Source: Vulcanimicrobiota bacterium
GTDB taxonomy: Bacteria; Vulcanimicrobiota; Xenobia; Xenobiales; JADMJV01
Reading direction: 5' to 3'
Assembly: GCA_050486105.1 (NCBI GenBank)
Contig: JBJHCR010000002.1
Location: 1 to 62,268 of the forward strand
DNA length: 62,268 nt
How positions within the stretch are numbered: the stretch's first letter is position 1; the number at the start of each line of letters is the position of its first letter. Both the position numbers and the translations under genes were made by a program. The notes under the pieces are model-generated. The model was not told the DNA's origin and made no database searches. It saw only the letters and a program-made list of their open reading frames with translations. Shown here piece after piece: positions 1 to 9,328 of the stretch.

Positions 1-18
1 CAAGAATTCTGTTAGGGG

Positions 19-669
19 TTACTGCTGAGCTTTTTTGGCCTGCTCGGCAGCCTCTTCTTCTCGAAACTTCTCGATCATGAGCGGATACTTTTCTTGGTTG
101 GCGATGAGCTCGGCGGACATTTTTCCTAGCCCGCCCACAGCAGCTCCGACCGTACCCAAGCCCAATCCTCCGGCTGTTGCTCCCAACAGACCACCGGCGG
201 CACCCGCTACGCTTCCTAACGCCGCTCCGGCGGCGAAACCGGCATAACCGCCAACGACTCCTCCGAGGGCACCCAAGAGCAATCCTCCTATCAGGGCCGG
301 GGCTCCGTCGCGATTGTGGGTCGCCAACAAAAAGCCTCCCACGCCACCAACAGCCAAACCAACTGCAGCACCAGCGGGCGCAGCCGCCAATCCTGCCACG
401 GCCCCGATCACTCCGCCTAGGGCACCAGCTGCGATCCCCACGGTCGCTCCCACCGCCCCTCCAGCTATTGCTCCGATCTTGCCTTGCTTGGTGATCTCTT
501 TGTATTCGGCCTCAAGTGCGGCCTCTTTGGTCTGAATATCGCTCAAGCTCACCCCATCGGTGGGAGAGGAAGCGGGCTCTTCACCGGCACCAACGACCGC
601 GTCGGTCTGAGCTTGAGGACCAGATGTTCTTTGAGTGAAGGTCGGCGCGAGATGGTTCTGGATTAGCAT
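19..669 (-). CDS. Gly/Ala-rich glycine-zipper membrane protein, function unknown
   Basis: 216-aa ORF. The central ~120 residues are almost only G/A/V/L/I with repeated GxxxG/GxxxA spacing (GAIAGGAVGATVGIAAGALGGVIGAVAGLAA...). A polar N-terminus and a charged tail (EKFREEEAAEQAKKAQQ) flank this core. The Pro/Ala-rich + strand ORFs over the same bases are frame shadows. Confidence 0.55.
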   Translation of the reverse strand: MLIQNHLAPTFTQRTSGPQAQTDAVVGAGEEPASSPTDGVSLSDIQTKEAALEAEYKEITKQGKIGAIAGGAVGATVGIAAGALGGVIGAVAGLAAAPAGAAVGLAVGGVGGFLLATHNRDGAPALIGGLLLGALGGVVGGYAGFAAGAALGSVAGAAGGLLGATAGGLGLGTVGAAVGGLGKMSAELIANQEKYPLMIEKFREEEAAEQAKKAQQ

Positions 670-825
670 GAGAGACTCCTTAATCTTTCTATCATCATGC
701 CGAAAACGGAAGGAACGGGAGTTAACGGATCGTTACACAAGCGCTAAACCTGCGAGGAAAGGCGATGGCCAAGTGTTAACTTTTCCTTGAACACTCAAGG
801 TTCCAACTACGGCTAGACTGATAGC

Positions 826-2406
826 ATGCTCATTTCCTCTCACCGACCGATCGACATGCCCACTCGCACAGAGCAAGCCTGCTCGCCTGCCCCAAGCGAG
901 CAGAACGCCGGCCCTGACGACACGTTCAAGCGATCTGAGAACCTGGAGACCCTCCCGAGTTGGAGATTCGCTTGGAAGTACGACTCCCAAGAGATCCTCA
1001 GCGATGGGCAAAAAGCCCAAGAGTTCTTAGGGGACTACCTCAAGCACGAAGCCGACTTCTTCAAACTGGCTCGAGACCCCGAATCCGGACTGACCTTCGA
1101 TGGGATCAATCTCGACCCTCAAACCGGAGAAATGACGGGAGTCCGAGGTTGGAGCGCCGCGTCCAAGGAATGCTTGGACCTGGGAATGTGCGTCAAGGCT
1201 CTCTACGGCGACCCGCTCGTTGCTCAAGTGGTCTCACCCGAGGACCCCTCAAAGGCTCCGGAAGTGGCAGCGGAAATCCTGAGTAAAAAGATTGCCTCCT
1301 ACCAACAGTACCAAGAAGAATTCCCGGGCTTCCAGGGTTTTATGACCTGGTTCGACTCAGGATCGAAAGCCATCCCGACGGGGGAATGGGAAAAAGCCAT
1401 TCCAACTCTGGATCTCGGAGAAATGCTCATCGTTTTGATGTTGGCCGAAAAGGCCCTCAGAGACACCGGACACAAAGAGCTCGCCAAATCCTATCAGACC
1501 TATAACGATCAGCTCCAAGCTTCGGCCCGAGATGCTATGTTTGAACCGAACAGCCAACGCATCCGAGGTCACGTGGTCGTCGAAGACCCCAAAGACCCCA
1601 ACAGCAAATTCGCCGGAACCGGAATCATGACCGGCGAGCACGGACTGCACGAGGGACAGATGGTCATCCTCTATATGACGCTCTTTGGCGGCCTACCTGA
1701 GCAGGTCAACGATGCCATTTGGGATGACATCCAACTCAAACGGGTGGAGCATCGCTACGGGACCACCTGGGAAGGCTTCTGGGCCTCTCCGCACGAGCAT
1801 TGGGGGCATCTGTTCTTGCCCTATAAGGATCACGAAGGATTCGATGACCTCTTCCGCATCCGGGAAAAAATCAGAGCCCAAAACGCCGTCGACCGGGACT
1901 ATCCCGGATTCGCAGCCTCAGCCCATCATCCCAATGGGGACCGTTATATGTCTGCGGCAGGAATCGAAGGCGTGGCTAGCCAGCCTTTGGAGTTTCAGGA
2001 TACCTACACTCCCTACGGAGCCTTTCCCATGTTGCTTCAGTTTGCGGGAGAACTCACAGGCAACGTGGGCCTGGCCTGGCTCCACAATATGCTGAGTGGC
2101 CCGAAGATGCAGGGACCTCTAGGGGCCGGAGAGTCGGGAGACAACGCAGGCACGGCTGCCGCACCGGTGAAGACCATCGATGTCACCTTCTGCAATTTGC
2201 TCGCACTCGCGGGTGGGCTGGAGCGCGAAACGGCCGAACTTTTCAAGGAGAAGGGGGTCTACGACACCTTCCTCAATCGCATGGATTCGGAGTTTCAAGA
2301 AACCTTCGGGGACCGGCCCTTGAGAGAGCCCATCGGGTTTGCGCCTCCTGGAAAACCCGCGCCGGTCGGGGCCCGGGAATATGAATGGAACTTGGCAAGC
2401 GCCTGA
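826..2406 (+). CDS. hypothetical protein, possibly an (alpha/alpha)6-barrel glycoside-hydrolase-like enzyme
   Basis: 526-aa ORF with an ATG start and no signal peptide. It is rich in Trp/aromatic and acidic residues (GFMTWFDSG, TTWEGFWASPHEHWGHLF), reminiscent of glucoamylase/DUF3131-like barrels. This is a weak by-eye impression only. Confidence 0.4.
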   Translation: MLISSHRPIDMPTRTEQACSPAPSEQNAGPDDTFKRSENLETLPSWRFAWKYDSQEILSDGQKAQEFLGDYLKHEADFFKLARDPESGLTFDGINLDPQTGEMTGVRGWSAASKECLDLGMCVKALYGDPLVAQVVSPEDPSKAPEVAAEILSKKIASYQQYQEEFPGFQGFMTWFDSGSKAIPTGEWEKAIPTLDLGEMLIVLMLAEKALRDTGHKELAKSYQTYNDQLQASARDAMFEPNSQRIRGHVVVEDPKDPNSKFAGTGIMTGEHGLHEGQMVILYMTLFGGLPEQVNDAIWDDIQLKRVEHRYGTTWEGFWASPHEHWGHLFLPYKDHEGFDDLFRIREKIRAQNAVDRDYPGFAASAHHPNGDRYMSAAGIEGVASQPLEFQDTYTPYGAFPMLLQFAGELTGNVGLAWLHNMLSGPKMQGPLGAGESGDNAGTAAAPVKTIDVTFCNLLALAGGLERETAELFKEKGVYDTFLNRMDSEFQETFGDRPLREPIGFAPPGKPAPVGAREYEWNLASA

Positions 2407-2436
2407 TTCTCCTCTCCGCACGGTGGGAGCTTCGGT

Positions 2437-3297
2437 TTAAGGAGTCCTGTCGGGAAGCCCCAAGCGGTAAGAGAGAGAGCCGTTAACGAGCCGAGGGAAG
2501 TCCTCGGTAGCCCCAGCTTCAAGATGGTTGAGGCCTCGACATTCGATGCCTAAAAATGTGGGCGTGATGGTGAAGCCTTCGGTATAGGTGTCTGAAGCAG
2601 CAGCCGGGCAGGTAGGGATTCGATCCAGGAAGCTAGGGACGAGATCTCCCGGTGTTCGTGGAGAGAAGTCTCGATTCTTCTCGAAGTCTTCGATGGCAAA
2701 ATGAATGGTGTAGAGATTGTTGGCGCAAGCCCACAAATCTCTTAGTGAGTCGTCCTCGATATCGGGAACTTCAATGGAGAAATCCACTTGATGCTCCAAA
2801 ACTTGGCCAGAGACGTGGTCTGTAACCTCAACGAAAAAATAGTGCTGTTCACCACTAAGCTTCAAGGGAAGGGTGAAAGTCATGGGTCCGACATCCAGGG
2901 AGGTTATCTCGCTTCGGCGAGGGTAGACCGTCTCGTCCACCACTAGGTGAGCATCCAACAGGTCTTTCTCTAGGTTGGTCCGAGCATAGATCTCATCGTG
3001 ACGCTCATCGATCTCAAAATAGGTCCGCATCAGCAAATCGTAGTCAAAACGAATCCGAAAACCAATTCTGCAGTTTCCGGACGAATCCGCTTGAGCTCCC
3101 CGGATCTTGAAATGCAGTTGCGCATTTTCTCCCGAAAGGAACTGAGGACGGGCCTCAGTCATCCCGACCCTTTTGTTTCCGAATCTGAGCTCCTCTATCC
3201 TCAACTGGTCCTCAGTGACCCCCACATTGCATCCTGACAGAGCCAAAACCAGGAAAAGGAGACCAGTTGCGAAGCCTCGAGATGTCACTGAGCTCAT
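2437..3297 (-). CDS. lipoprotein, function unknown
   Basis: The N-terminus MSSVTSRGFATGLLFLVLALSGC carries a lipobox (LSGC). The ATG at 3297 lies one codon inside the ORF-track TTG start. No recognisable catalytic motif. Confidence 0.55.
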   Translation of the reverse strand: MSSVTSRGFATGLLFLVLALSGCNVGVTEDQLRIEELRFGNKRVGMTEARPQFLSGENAQLHFKIRGAQADSSGNCRIGFRIRFDYDLLMRTYFEIDERHDEIYARTNLEKDLLDAHLVVDETVYPRRSEITSLDVGPMTFTLPLKLSGEQHYFFVEVTDHVSGQVLEHQVDFSIEVPDIEDDSLRDLWACANNLYTIHFAIEDFEKNRDFSPRTPGDLVPSFLDRIPTCPAAASDTYTEGFTITPTFLGIECRGLNHLEAGATEDFPRLVNGSLSYRLGLPDRTP

Positions 3298-3354
3298 CAA
3301 AACCTTAGAGACCCTTTCTCCGGCTAATTGCCGCCAAAGGACCTCTAGTCCTCC

Positions 3355-4659
3355 TTAACTTCTGGTCCCTAGCAAAGTGTGCACCAGGTCCAGATATTTC
3401 TGAACTTCGGTCTCCCAGTTCCAAGACTCCTGGGCTGCAGCCAGAGACCTCTTCTGCATGGCCGGGAGTAGACCGGAGGTGACCATGCGGTCCAGAGCAC
3501 CAGCTATGTCCGAGGGAGAATAGGGGTCGAAGAGTTCCCCCAATTGATGCTCGCCCACAAAACGGGCCACCTCTGGAATGTCCGAGCCGGCCACGGCGAG
3601 ACCTGCGCTCATGTACTCGAAGAGTTTATTCGGAGTGGAAAGATAGTGGTTCATGCAAGTGGGGAGAAACGGAATCAAGCCGATGTCGGCCGAACTCGCC
3701 GCCTGCACCACCTGGGGCCCAGGCACGGGGTCAAGAAACTGCACTCGCCCCGAGCGGTCAAGTTGCCTGAGGCGTTCCTCAGAGGCCCCAAAACCCCGGA
3801 AAGCGATCTGCACTTCAGTCACCAAAGCTGCCGCTGCGATGACCTGCTCAAGTCCCCGATCCGGAACGTAGGCTCCCTGGTAGAGAGCCACCGGCTTAGG
3901 GTTGGGAAATTTCTCCGGCAACTTCTGCCGTTCCTGACAATTATGCAAAGTCGTTACCTGGTCCAGTCCGTAACGCTCCTTCAAGATGTTCGCCAGAGGT
4001 TGATTGATGGTCATGACCGCCGTCACCTGAGTGAGCAAGCGGCCCTCTAATCTGTCCCAGTAGTCGACGGCTTCCTGAGAGTCGATAAACGGCTGTTCAG
4101 ACCACAACTCGTGGGTGTCGTAAAGAACCGGAATCCTGAGAGCTTGACCAAGCTGCACCGCTCCTTCCAGAGCATCGAGGTCGTGAGCCTGGACCAAGTC
4201 GGGCTTCCAGGAAGCCGCTCGCCGAGCCCAAACCCCATTGATCCTCTTGATATAGGCCCAATGCTGTCTTTGCTGCTCCGTGGCCTGGGTCCGCAACACC
4301 CGCTCTGGCGGTCGACACGGGCGCTCGGGGGGGCGCTCGGGGGGAAGAGCTAGGGCTTCCTCTTGGGGCTGCTCGGTTGGGGGCTGCTCGGTTGGGGACT
4401 GCTTGGGGCGAGACTTCTTCAGTCGGGCCCCAACTTGGTCATCGAAAAGCCGAGACCAATGTCCACGTTGATCCTCTCGGTAAAGGGTGTAGCCTTCACG
4501 AACTTCGCGATAGGCCTGACCCTGCTGCAAGAAACCATAGACCCGCACTTCAAAACCTTGACGTCCCAAAGCTTGGGCCTGTTTATGCACCCGCTGATCA
4601 TGGTTGCCGTCGTTGAACACGAACATGGCGGCTTTGGCTTTGCCGGAGTTCCTTGCCAT
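3355..4659 (-). CDS. GT4-family (GT-B) glycosyltransferase with a Pro/Glu-rich insertion
   Basis: The C-terminal EX7E-type motif region FEYMSAGLAVAGSDIPEV is typical of GT4. The start was moved to the ATG at 4659 (MARNSGKAKAAMFVFNDG...), which sits 1 nt downstream of the upstream gene's stop (4661..4663). The ORF-track start at 4815 would overlap that gene by 155 nt. Confidence 0.8.
   Translation of the reverse strand: MARNSGKAKAAMFVFNDGNHDQRVHKQAQALGRQGFEVRVYGFLQQGQAYREVREGYTLYREDQRGHWSRLFDDQVGARLKKSRPKQSPTEQPPTEQPQEEALALPPERPPERPCRPPERVLRTQATEQQRQHWAYIKRINGVWARRAASWKPDLVQAHDLDALEGAVQLGQALRIPVLYDTHELWSEQPFIDSQEAVDYWDRLEGRLLTQVTAVMTINQPLANILKERYGLDQVTTLHNCQERQKLPEKFPNPKPVALYQGAYVPDRGLEQVIAAAALVTEVQIAFRGFGASEERLRQLDRSGRVQFLDPVPGPQVVQAASSADIGLIPFLPTCMNHYLSTPNKLFEYMSAGLAVAGSDIPEVARFVGEHQLGELFDPYSPSDIAGALDRMVTSGLLPAMQKRSLAAAQESWNWETEVQKYLDLVHTLLGTRS
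4319..4409. repeat. two short in-frame tandem repeats inside the GT4 gene
   Basis: There is a perfect 12-nt x2 repeat (gggcgctcgggg, 4319..4342). There is also a perfect 15-nt x2 repeat (ggggctgctcggttg, 4365..4394) followed by a degenerate third copy to 4409. On the minus strand they encode ...SPTEQPPTEQPQEE...PPERPPERP... Confidence 0.85.
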
Positions 4660-4660
4660 G

Positions 4661-6655
4661 CTAGCCTGAGGATGATCCGATGAGTTCCGGGGCAAACCCC
4701 TCACCCTGCAGGAAAAGCTGGCTCCAACGGAAGCAGCAAAGAATTCGCCAAACCCCCCAGGATTGGTCCTGCCCCGACAGATGCTGCCGCCAGACCTCCC
4801 GGCAAGCGCCGGCATCGAGAAGCTCGCACTCGCGAAACGCCTGGGATTCCAGGATATCCTCCGCCCAATCTTTGAGGTGACCGCGAAACCAATGAGCCAT
4901 GGGGGTGGGGTAGCCCAATTTGTCTTGCCGATCGACCACCGACGGAGGAAGAATCCCGTTCATAGCTTGGCGTAGGATCAGCTTGGTTTGGGGAGGATCG
5001 ATCTTAAAGCGATAGGGCAAGGCAAAACAGAATTCCACCAAGCGATGATCCAGAAATGGAACCCTGGCCTCTAGTGAGAAAGCCATGGAGTTTCGATCCT
5101 CATAGCGCAGCAGAGTTGGGATGGAAAATCTGGTGAGATCGGCATAAAGCTTCTGGTTCAGGCTGTCAGAGAACAGCTTCTCCACCGGAGTTCGAAGGAG
5201 ATCTTCGCGCCTGAGCTGCTCTCCCAACTCCCTGTTGAAGATCGCCGGAGGCTTCACTCGCCCCGGTCTGTCCCGGTGGAAAATTTTCAGAAATCCTGGG
5301 CGCTTGGCCCTTCGAATCGCCTGCTCGGCAAGTTCGTGATGAGGTGACCCGGTGACCTGAGCGATCACCTTCGCCAGGGCTCGGAGCTCATCGAAGTCCC
5401 CTCGCTCACTTTTGATTCGGCGGGCCTCTTCGGTGAGAAGCTGTCGGAAGTAATGATGATAGCCAGCTAGTAGCTCGTCCCCACCCTGCCCATCCAAGAG
5501 TACGGTCACCGACTCCCGAGCGGTCTCCATGACCCGCCACTGGCTGTACAAACCTGGTCCAGCCGAGGGCTCATCTTGATGCCAAACGATCTTGTCAAAG
5601 ATTTCAGGCAGATCTTGGCCGTTGGGCTCCACCGGGTGGGGCTTGGTCCCGAAAGTTTCGACCACGCTGTCCACGAACTGCCGCTCGTTATACCCGGTGT
5701 CAGGATAGAGGCTGGAGAAGGTCTCAACCGGCCGGTCCAAGAGTGAACTCGCTGCAGCCACCACAGAGCTCGAGTCCAAGCCTCCGGAGAGGCAGGTTCC
5801 CACCGGCACATCCGAGCGCAGCCTGAGCTTTACTGAGTCTACGAAGATTTCTCGAAAGGCCTCCGAGGCTTGGGTCAATTCCGGATTATGCGGGAGACGA
5901 CCCTGGGACACCGCCGGGGTCAAGCCTGGTTGCAGGGTGCTGGGCCCCACCTTGGCCGCCCGGTGAGCACTTTGCCAATCCGAGTAAACCTGAAGCTTCC
6001 AATAGCGTCTAAGCCTTACTCCTGAAGGGCTCACCGTGAGAGTGTGCGCCGCCGGGAGGACCTTAACGTCTCGAAAAAAAGTCTCGTCCTCATCCCCCAC
6101 CAAGCCTTCACCAAGAAAGCGCACTAGAGGTCTGAGGTTGGGGCGCCTGCGGGACGGCTCAAAGAGGAGAGCCTTGATCTCTGAGGCAAACTCGAAGCGA
6201 GTCTGGTCCTGGAAATAGAAGAACGGCTTGATACCTAGCCGATCTCGGGCGCAAAATAAAGTCTGGTCTGAGTTTTTCCAAAGAGCGAAGGCGAACATGC
6301 CGTTGAAGCGCTCCACGCATTTCTCCCCCCATTGGAGATAGGCCCGGAGCAAGACCTCGGTGTCGCAGTCGCTGCGAAAACGATGGCCAAATCCTTCGAG
6401 TTCGGTCCGCAGTTCTTGAAAATTGTAGATTTCTCCGTTGTAGACCAGGGCGTGGTCCTCCAACAGCAGAGGTTGGTGCCCAGCTTCACTCAGATCCAAA
6501 ATCGCCAACCTGCGGTGGGCTAGTCCAACACAGCCTTGCAGGTAGATGTCGTGACCATCAGGACCTCTATGGGCCTGAATTCTGCCCATCCTTTCCAACT
6601 GTTCGCGGTCTACCGAAGCCCCATCTCGAAGCAGTATGCCTGCAATCCCACACAT
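4661..6655 (-). CDS. asparagine synthase (glutamine-hydrolysing) family amidotransferase, paralogue 1
   Basis: The start was set at the internal ATG giving MCGIAGILL (the Ntn-glutaminase Cys2 signature). An ATP-PPase SGGLDSS loop is present (CLSGGLDSSSV). The protein is 664 aa. The gene begins 4 nt after the stop of the upstream paralogue. Confidence 0.85.
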   Translation of the reverse strand: MCGIAGILLRDGASVDREQLERMGRIQAHRGPDGHDIYLQGCVGLAHRRLAILDLSEAGHQPLLLEDHALVYNGEIYNFQELRTELEGFGHRFRSDCDTEVLLRAYLQWGEKCVERFNGMFAFALWKNSDQTLFCARDRLGIKPFFYFQDQTRFEFASEIKALLFEPSRRRPNLRPLVRFLGEGLVGDEDETFFRDVKVLPAAHTLTVSPSGVRLRRYWKLQVYSDWQSAHRAAKVGPSTLQPGLTPAVSQGRLPHNPELTQASEAFREIFVDSVKLRLRSDVPVGTCLSGGLDSSSVVAAASSLLDRPVETFSSLYPDTGYNERQFVDSVVETFGTKPHPVEPNGQDLPEIFDKIVWHQDEPSAGPGLYSQWRVMETARESVTVLLDGQGGDELLAGYHHYFRQLLTEEARRIKSERGDFDELRALAKVIAQVTGSPHHELAEQAIRRAKRPGFLKIFHRDRPGRVKPPAIFNRELGEQLRREDLLRTPVEKLFSDSLNQKLYADLTRFSIPTLLRYEDRNSMAFSLEARVPFLDHRLVEFCFALPYRFKIDPPQTKLILRQAMNGILPPSVVDRQDKLGYPTPMAHWFRGHLKDWAEDILESQAFRECELLDAGACREVWRQHLSGQDQSWGVWRILCCFRWSQLFLQGEGFAPELIGSSSG

Positions 6656-6659
6656 GCTG

Positions 6660-8675
6660 CTACAGGGGAGCAGCCTCAGCAGTAGGCACCGGCTCTCGAC
6701 TTGCTCCCGGTACGGCAACCGAAGCCACAGAAAAGTCCACCAACCTTCTGGCTCCTCCACTCTCCTCAACGATCAAACGCGCCGCATCGCCAAGAGGCAC
6801 CGGCAACACCGAAGCCATGTAGATGTCGTACCAGATCTGAAAAGACAATAGGCTCAGGATCTTGTTGGCTAGGCTGCTCTCACCCCCTTGGAAGCGATCT
6901 AGCAAGGAGCCCACCTCGTGAGCATCAAAAAGTCCGTGTCGATGCAGTTCGCTAGGACTGAGCGCTTCTTTAGCGTAGTCGAAGAGCCAACCCTGAAGCC
7001 ACTGATTGACCGGCAGCACGAAACCTTCTTTGGGCCGGTCGATGGCCGAGGCCGGCAGAAACGGGCGAGCCACCTTCTTGAGCACGACCTTCACATCTTG
7101 GTCTCGAATCTTAAAGTGCTCCGGGATGCGCGCCGCATACTCCATCACCTGGGTATCCAAGAACGCCGTCCGGATTTCCAAGGAGTGAGCCATGGACAGG
7201 CGGTCGGTGAAGGCCAAAACCTGATCTGGCAACTGGGTTCCAAATTCGGCTTCCAAAATACGGTTGGTGGGGTCTTGGGCGGTCAGATTGGAGAACACCC
7301 GTTTGAGATGCTGCAAGGTCGAATATCCCCGAAAATCATCTCGAACAGCAGGAGAATAAAGCCTCTCTTTCTCGTGATCCTGAAACACTGTCAGTCGAGC
7401 CCGCCAGGTGTAGTCCCGGGAGTCGGCGATGCTTTCCAAGAACTCCCTAGGCTGACCTTCGACGAAGTGACCGAGATCGCCCGGGTCTCGAGACTCGCCT
7501 CGCGCCCTCATCAACTCTGCCACCGGTCGGGCCAATCGGTGGGATAAATATGAGCCGAAAAGCTCGTCGGCCCCGTCTCCGGAGATGGCCACCTTCACGT
7601 GCTTGGCGATTAAGCGGGCCAGAAAATAGGTCGACACCACTCCGGAAAAAGGCTCGTCAAAATGGCTGAGGATAGCCGGAAGTTCTCGCTGGAAATCAGA
7701 GAAATTCATCTGCTCTTCTAGGTGGTCCGTCCCATAGCGAGCCGCGATCTGCCGAGCACAGCGCAGATCCAACTCCTTGCCGGGAGTCGACGAATCTTGA
7801 CTATAGGTCAAGGTGAAAGTCTTGATTCGGCCTGAGGCCACCTCGGCCGCCAAGGCCGTTGACAGACTGCTGTCTATTCCTCCGGACAAGAAGAATCCGA
7901 TGGGCACATCGGAAACCAAGCGTCGGCGAACTGCCTGCTTAAGACGTGTCGTCAACTCGTGGGCGATCTCGTCCTCGGTCACGGTATTGGGCAGGGGAGT
8001 CCAATCCAGCTTCCAGTATTGATCCTTACGCACGATCCGTCGATTTTTCCAAAGTAGACGGTGCCCGGGCCTAAGCATCTTAATTCCCTGGAAGATGGTC
8101 ATGGGCGCCGGGACGTTCTTGTACGAAAGATAGTGATGGACAGCTTCAAGGTTCAGACGTCGGGGGAAATTCGGGACCACCAAGAGAGCCTTGATCTCTG
8201 AAGCAAACCAGAGGCAGCCTTCGTGCTCCAGATAGTACAAGGGCTTCTTACCTGAGCGGTCCCGCACCAGGAGCCCTTGCTGCTCAGCCTCGTCGTAGAC
8301 CGAAATGGCAAACATACCTTCGAGCTTCTGCGGGAAATCTAAGCCAAAGGCGCGATACAGATGAGGGATCAGTTCGGTGTCTCCATCGGTGGAGAAATCT
8401 TCCCTTTGGCAGGCCCCCGAGGCGATCAGCTCATCTCTACGTTCGCGAAAATTGTAGAGCTCACCGTTCTGCGCCGCCCAGATGGTCTTGCTAGGCTCGC
8501 ACAGGGGCTGCCGACCATGGGCCAAATCAATTATAGAAAGCCGACGCGCTCCCAGGGTATAGCCCTCACCATAGACTAGGTGCTGGTCGTCGGGACCTCG
8601 GTGGGCCAAAACCCGCAGCATTCGAGCCACCACCTCCGGGACTCTGGTTCCGAACACGCCTGCGATACCGCACAT
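6660..8675 (-). CDS. asparagine synthase (glutamine-hydrolysing) family amidotransferase, paralogue 2
   Basis: The N-terminus MCGIAGVFG and the PP-loop FLSGGIDSS are present. The protein is 671 aa, in tandem with paralogue 1. Confidence 0.85.
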   Translation of the reverse strand: MCGIAGVFGTRVPEVVARMLRVLAHRGPDDQHLVYGEGYTLGARRLSIIDLAHGRQPLCEPSKTIWAAQNGELYNFRERRDELIASGACQREDFSTDGDTELIPHLYRAFGLDFPQKLEGMFAISVYDEAEQQGLLVRDRSGKKPLYYLEHEGCLWFASEIKALLVVPNFPRRLNLEAVHHYLSYKNVPAPMTIFQGIKMLRPGHRLLWKNRRIVRKDQYWKLDWTPLPNTVTEDEIAHELTTRLKQAVRRRLVSDVPIGFFLSGGIDSSLSTALAAEVASGRIKTFTLTYSQDSSTPGKELDLRCARQIAARYGTDHLEEQMNFSDFQRELPAILSHFDEPFSGVVSTYFLARLIAKHVKVAISGDGADELFGSYLSHRLARPVAELMRARGESRDPGDLGHFVEGQPREFLESIADSRDYTWRARLTVFQDHEKERLYSPAVRDDFRGYSTLQHLKRVFSNLTAQDPTNRILEAEFGTQLPDQVLAFTDRLSMAHSLEIRTAFLDTQVMEYAARIPEHFKIRDQDVKVVLKKVARPFLPASAIDRPKEGFVLPVNQWLQGWLFDYAKEALSPSELHRHGLFDAHEVGSLLDRFQGGESSLANKILSLLSFQIWYDIYMASVLPVPLGDAARLIVEESGGARRLVDFSVASVAVPGASREPVPTAEAAPL

Positions 8676-8791
8676 AACGCTACCTCTCCTCGCACCGTCG
8701 ACACCCCAAAACGGTCCTCATTCTTCGCGCCCCTCGTTATCGGTCGGTGAGGGTTGCACCTTGAGGCTTCTTTTGCCCTGGGTCGGAGATG

Positions 8792-9319
8792 CTAAACAGA
8801 CCACTGACTTCTCAGAACGGCCATCCTGACCACATCACTGAACTCTCCGTCCAGGAAGAATTCTTCCCTCAGCAACCCCTCTTCACGAAATCCGGATTTC
8901 TCAAAAGCCTTTTTCGCTCGAGGATTCCGGGCACTGACATACAGATAAACCTTGTTTAGCCCCAATTTGGCGAAAGCAAACTTCAGCAAGAGTCGACAGG
9001 CTCTGGTGCCGTACCCTCGCCCCTGGACCTTGGCCTCGCCCAAAAGAATCCTCAGCTCGGCGTTCCTATTGATCCAATGGATATTGTGCAGCCAGACGTT
9101 TCCTAAGTAGCGATCGTCCTTCAAGGTTCTCACCGCAAAGACTGCGTTCTTGGGGTCTTGCACCGTCTGCCGATACCAGGCTTCATGCTGCTCGAGACTC
9201 ACCGGAAGTGCCCGTCCCAATAGAGTCGACAAAGCCTCGTCATTGACCCAGCTTCGATAAATGTCCGCGTCTTCGGGTTCGAATGGGGCCAATCTGATTT
9301 CCTCATCGGATACGATCAC
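8792..9319 (-). CDS. GNAT-family N-acetyltransferase (RimJ/RimL/SpeG-like)
   Basis: 175 aa with a GTG start. The acetyl-CoA binding segment QGRGYGTRACRLLLKFAF (Q/RxxGxG/A) is present, and the overall pattern is RimJ-like. Confidence 0.75.
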   Translation of the reverse strand: MIVSDEEIRLAPFEPEDADIYRSWVNDEALSTLLGRALPVSLEQHEAWYRQTVQDPKNAVFAVRTLKDDRYLGNVWLHNIHWINRNAELRILLGEAKVQGRGYGTRACRLLLKFAFAKLGLNKVYLYVSARNPRAKKAFEKSGFREEGLLREEFFLDGEFSDVVRMAVLRSQWSV

Positions 9320-9328
9320 CGCTGCACC

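Noticed and set aside
35-666. Several + strand ORFs (35..247, 177..494, 314..535, 484..666) encoding Pro/Ala/Arg-rich peptides.
   Set aside because: They are antisense or frame shadows of the Gly/Ala-rich gene at 19..669 (GGN/GCN codons read as Pro/Ala on the other strand). They have no start context or recognisable motifs.
4661-8675. Reading the AsnB paralogues as lasso-peptide cyclases or beta-lactam-synthetase-like natural-product enzymes.
   Set aside because: No precursor peptide, transglutaminase-like leader protease, RRE or other RiPP/beta-lactam genes are adjacent. Both proteins keep the glutaminase Cys2, which lasso cyclases usually lack. The flanking genes are glycan-related.
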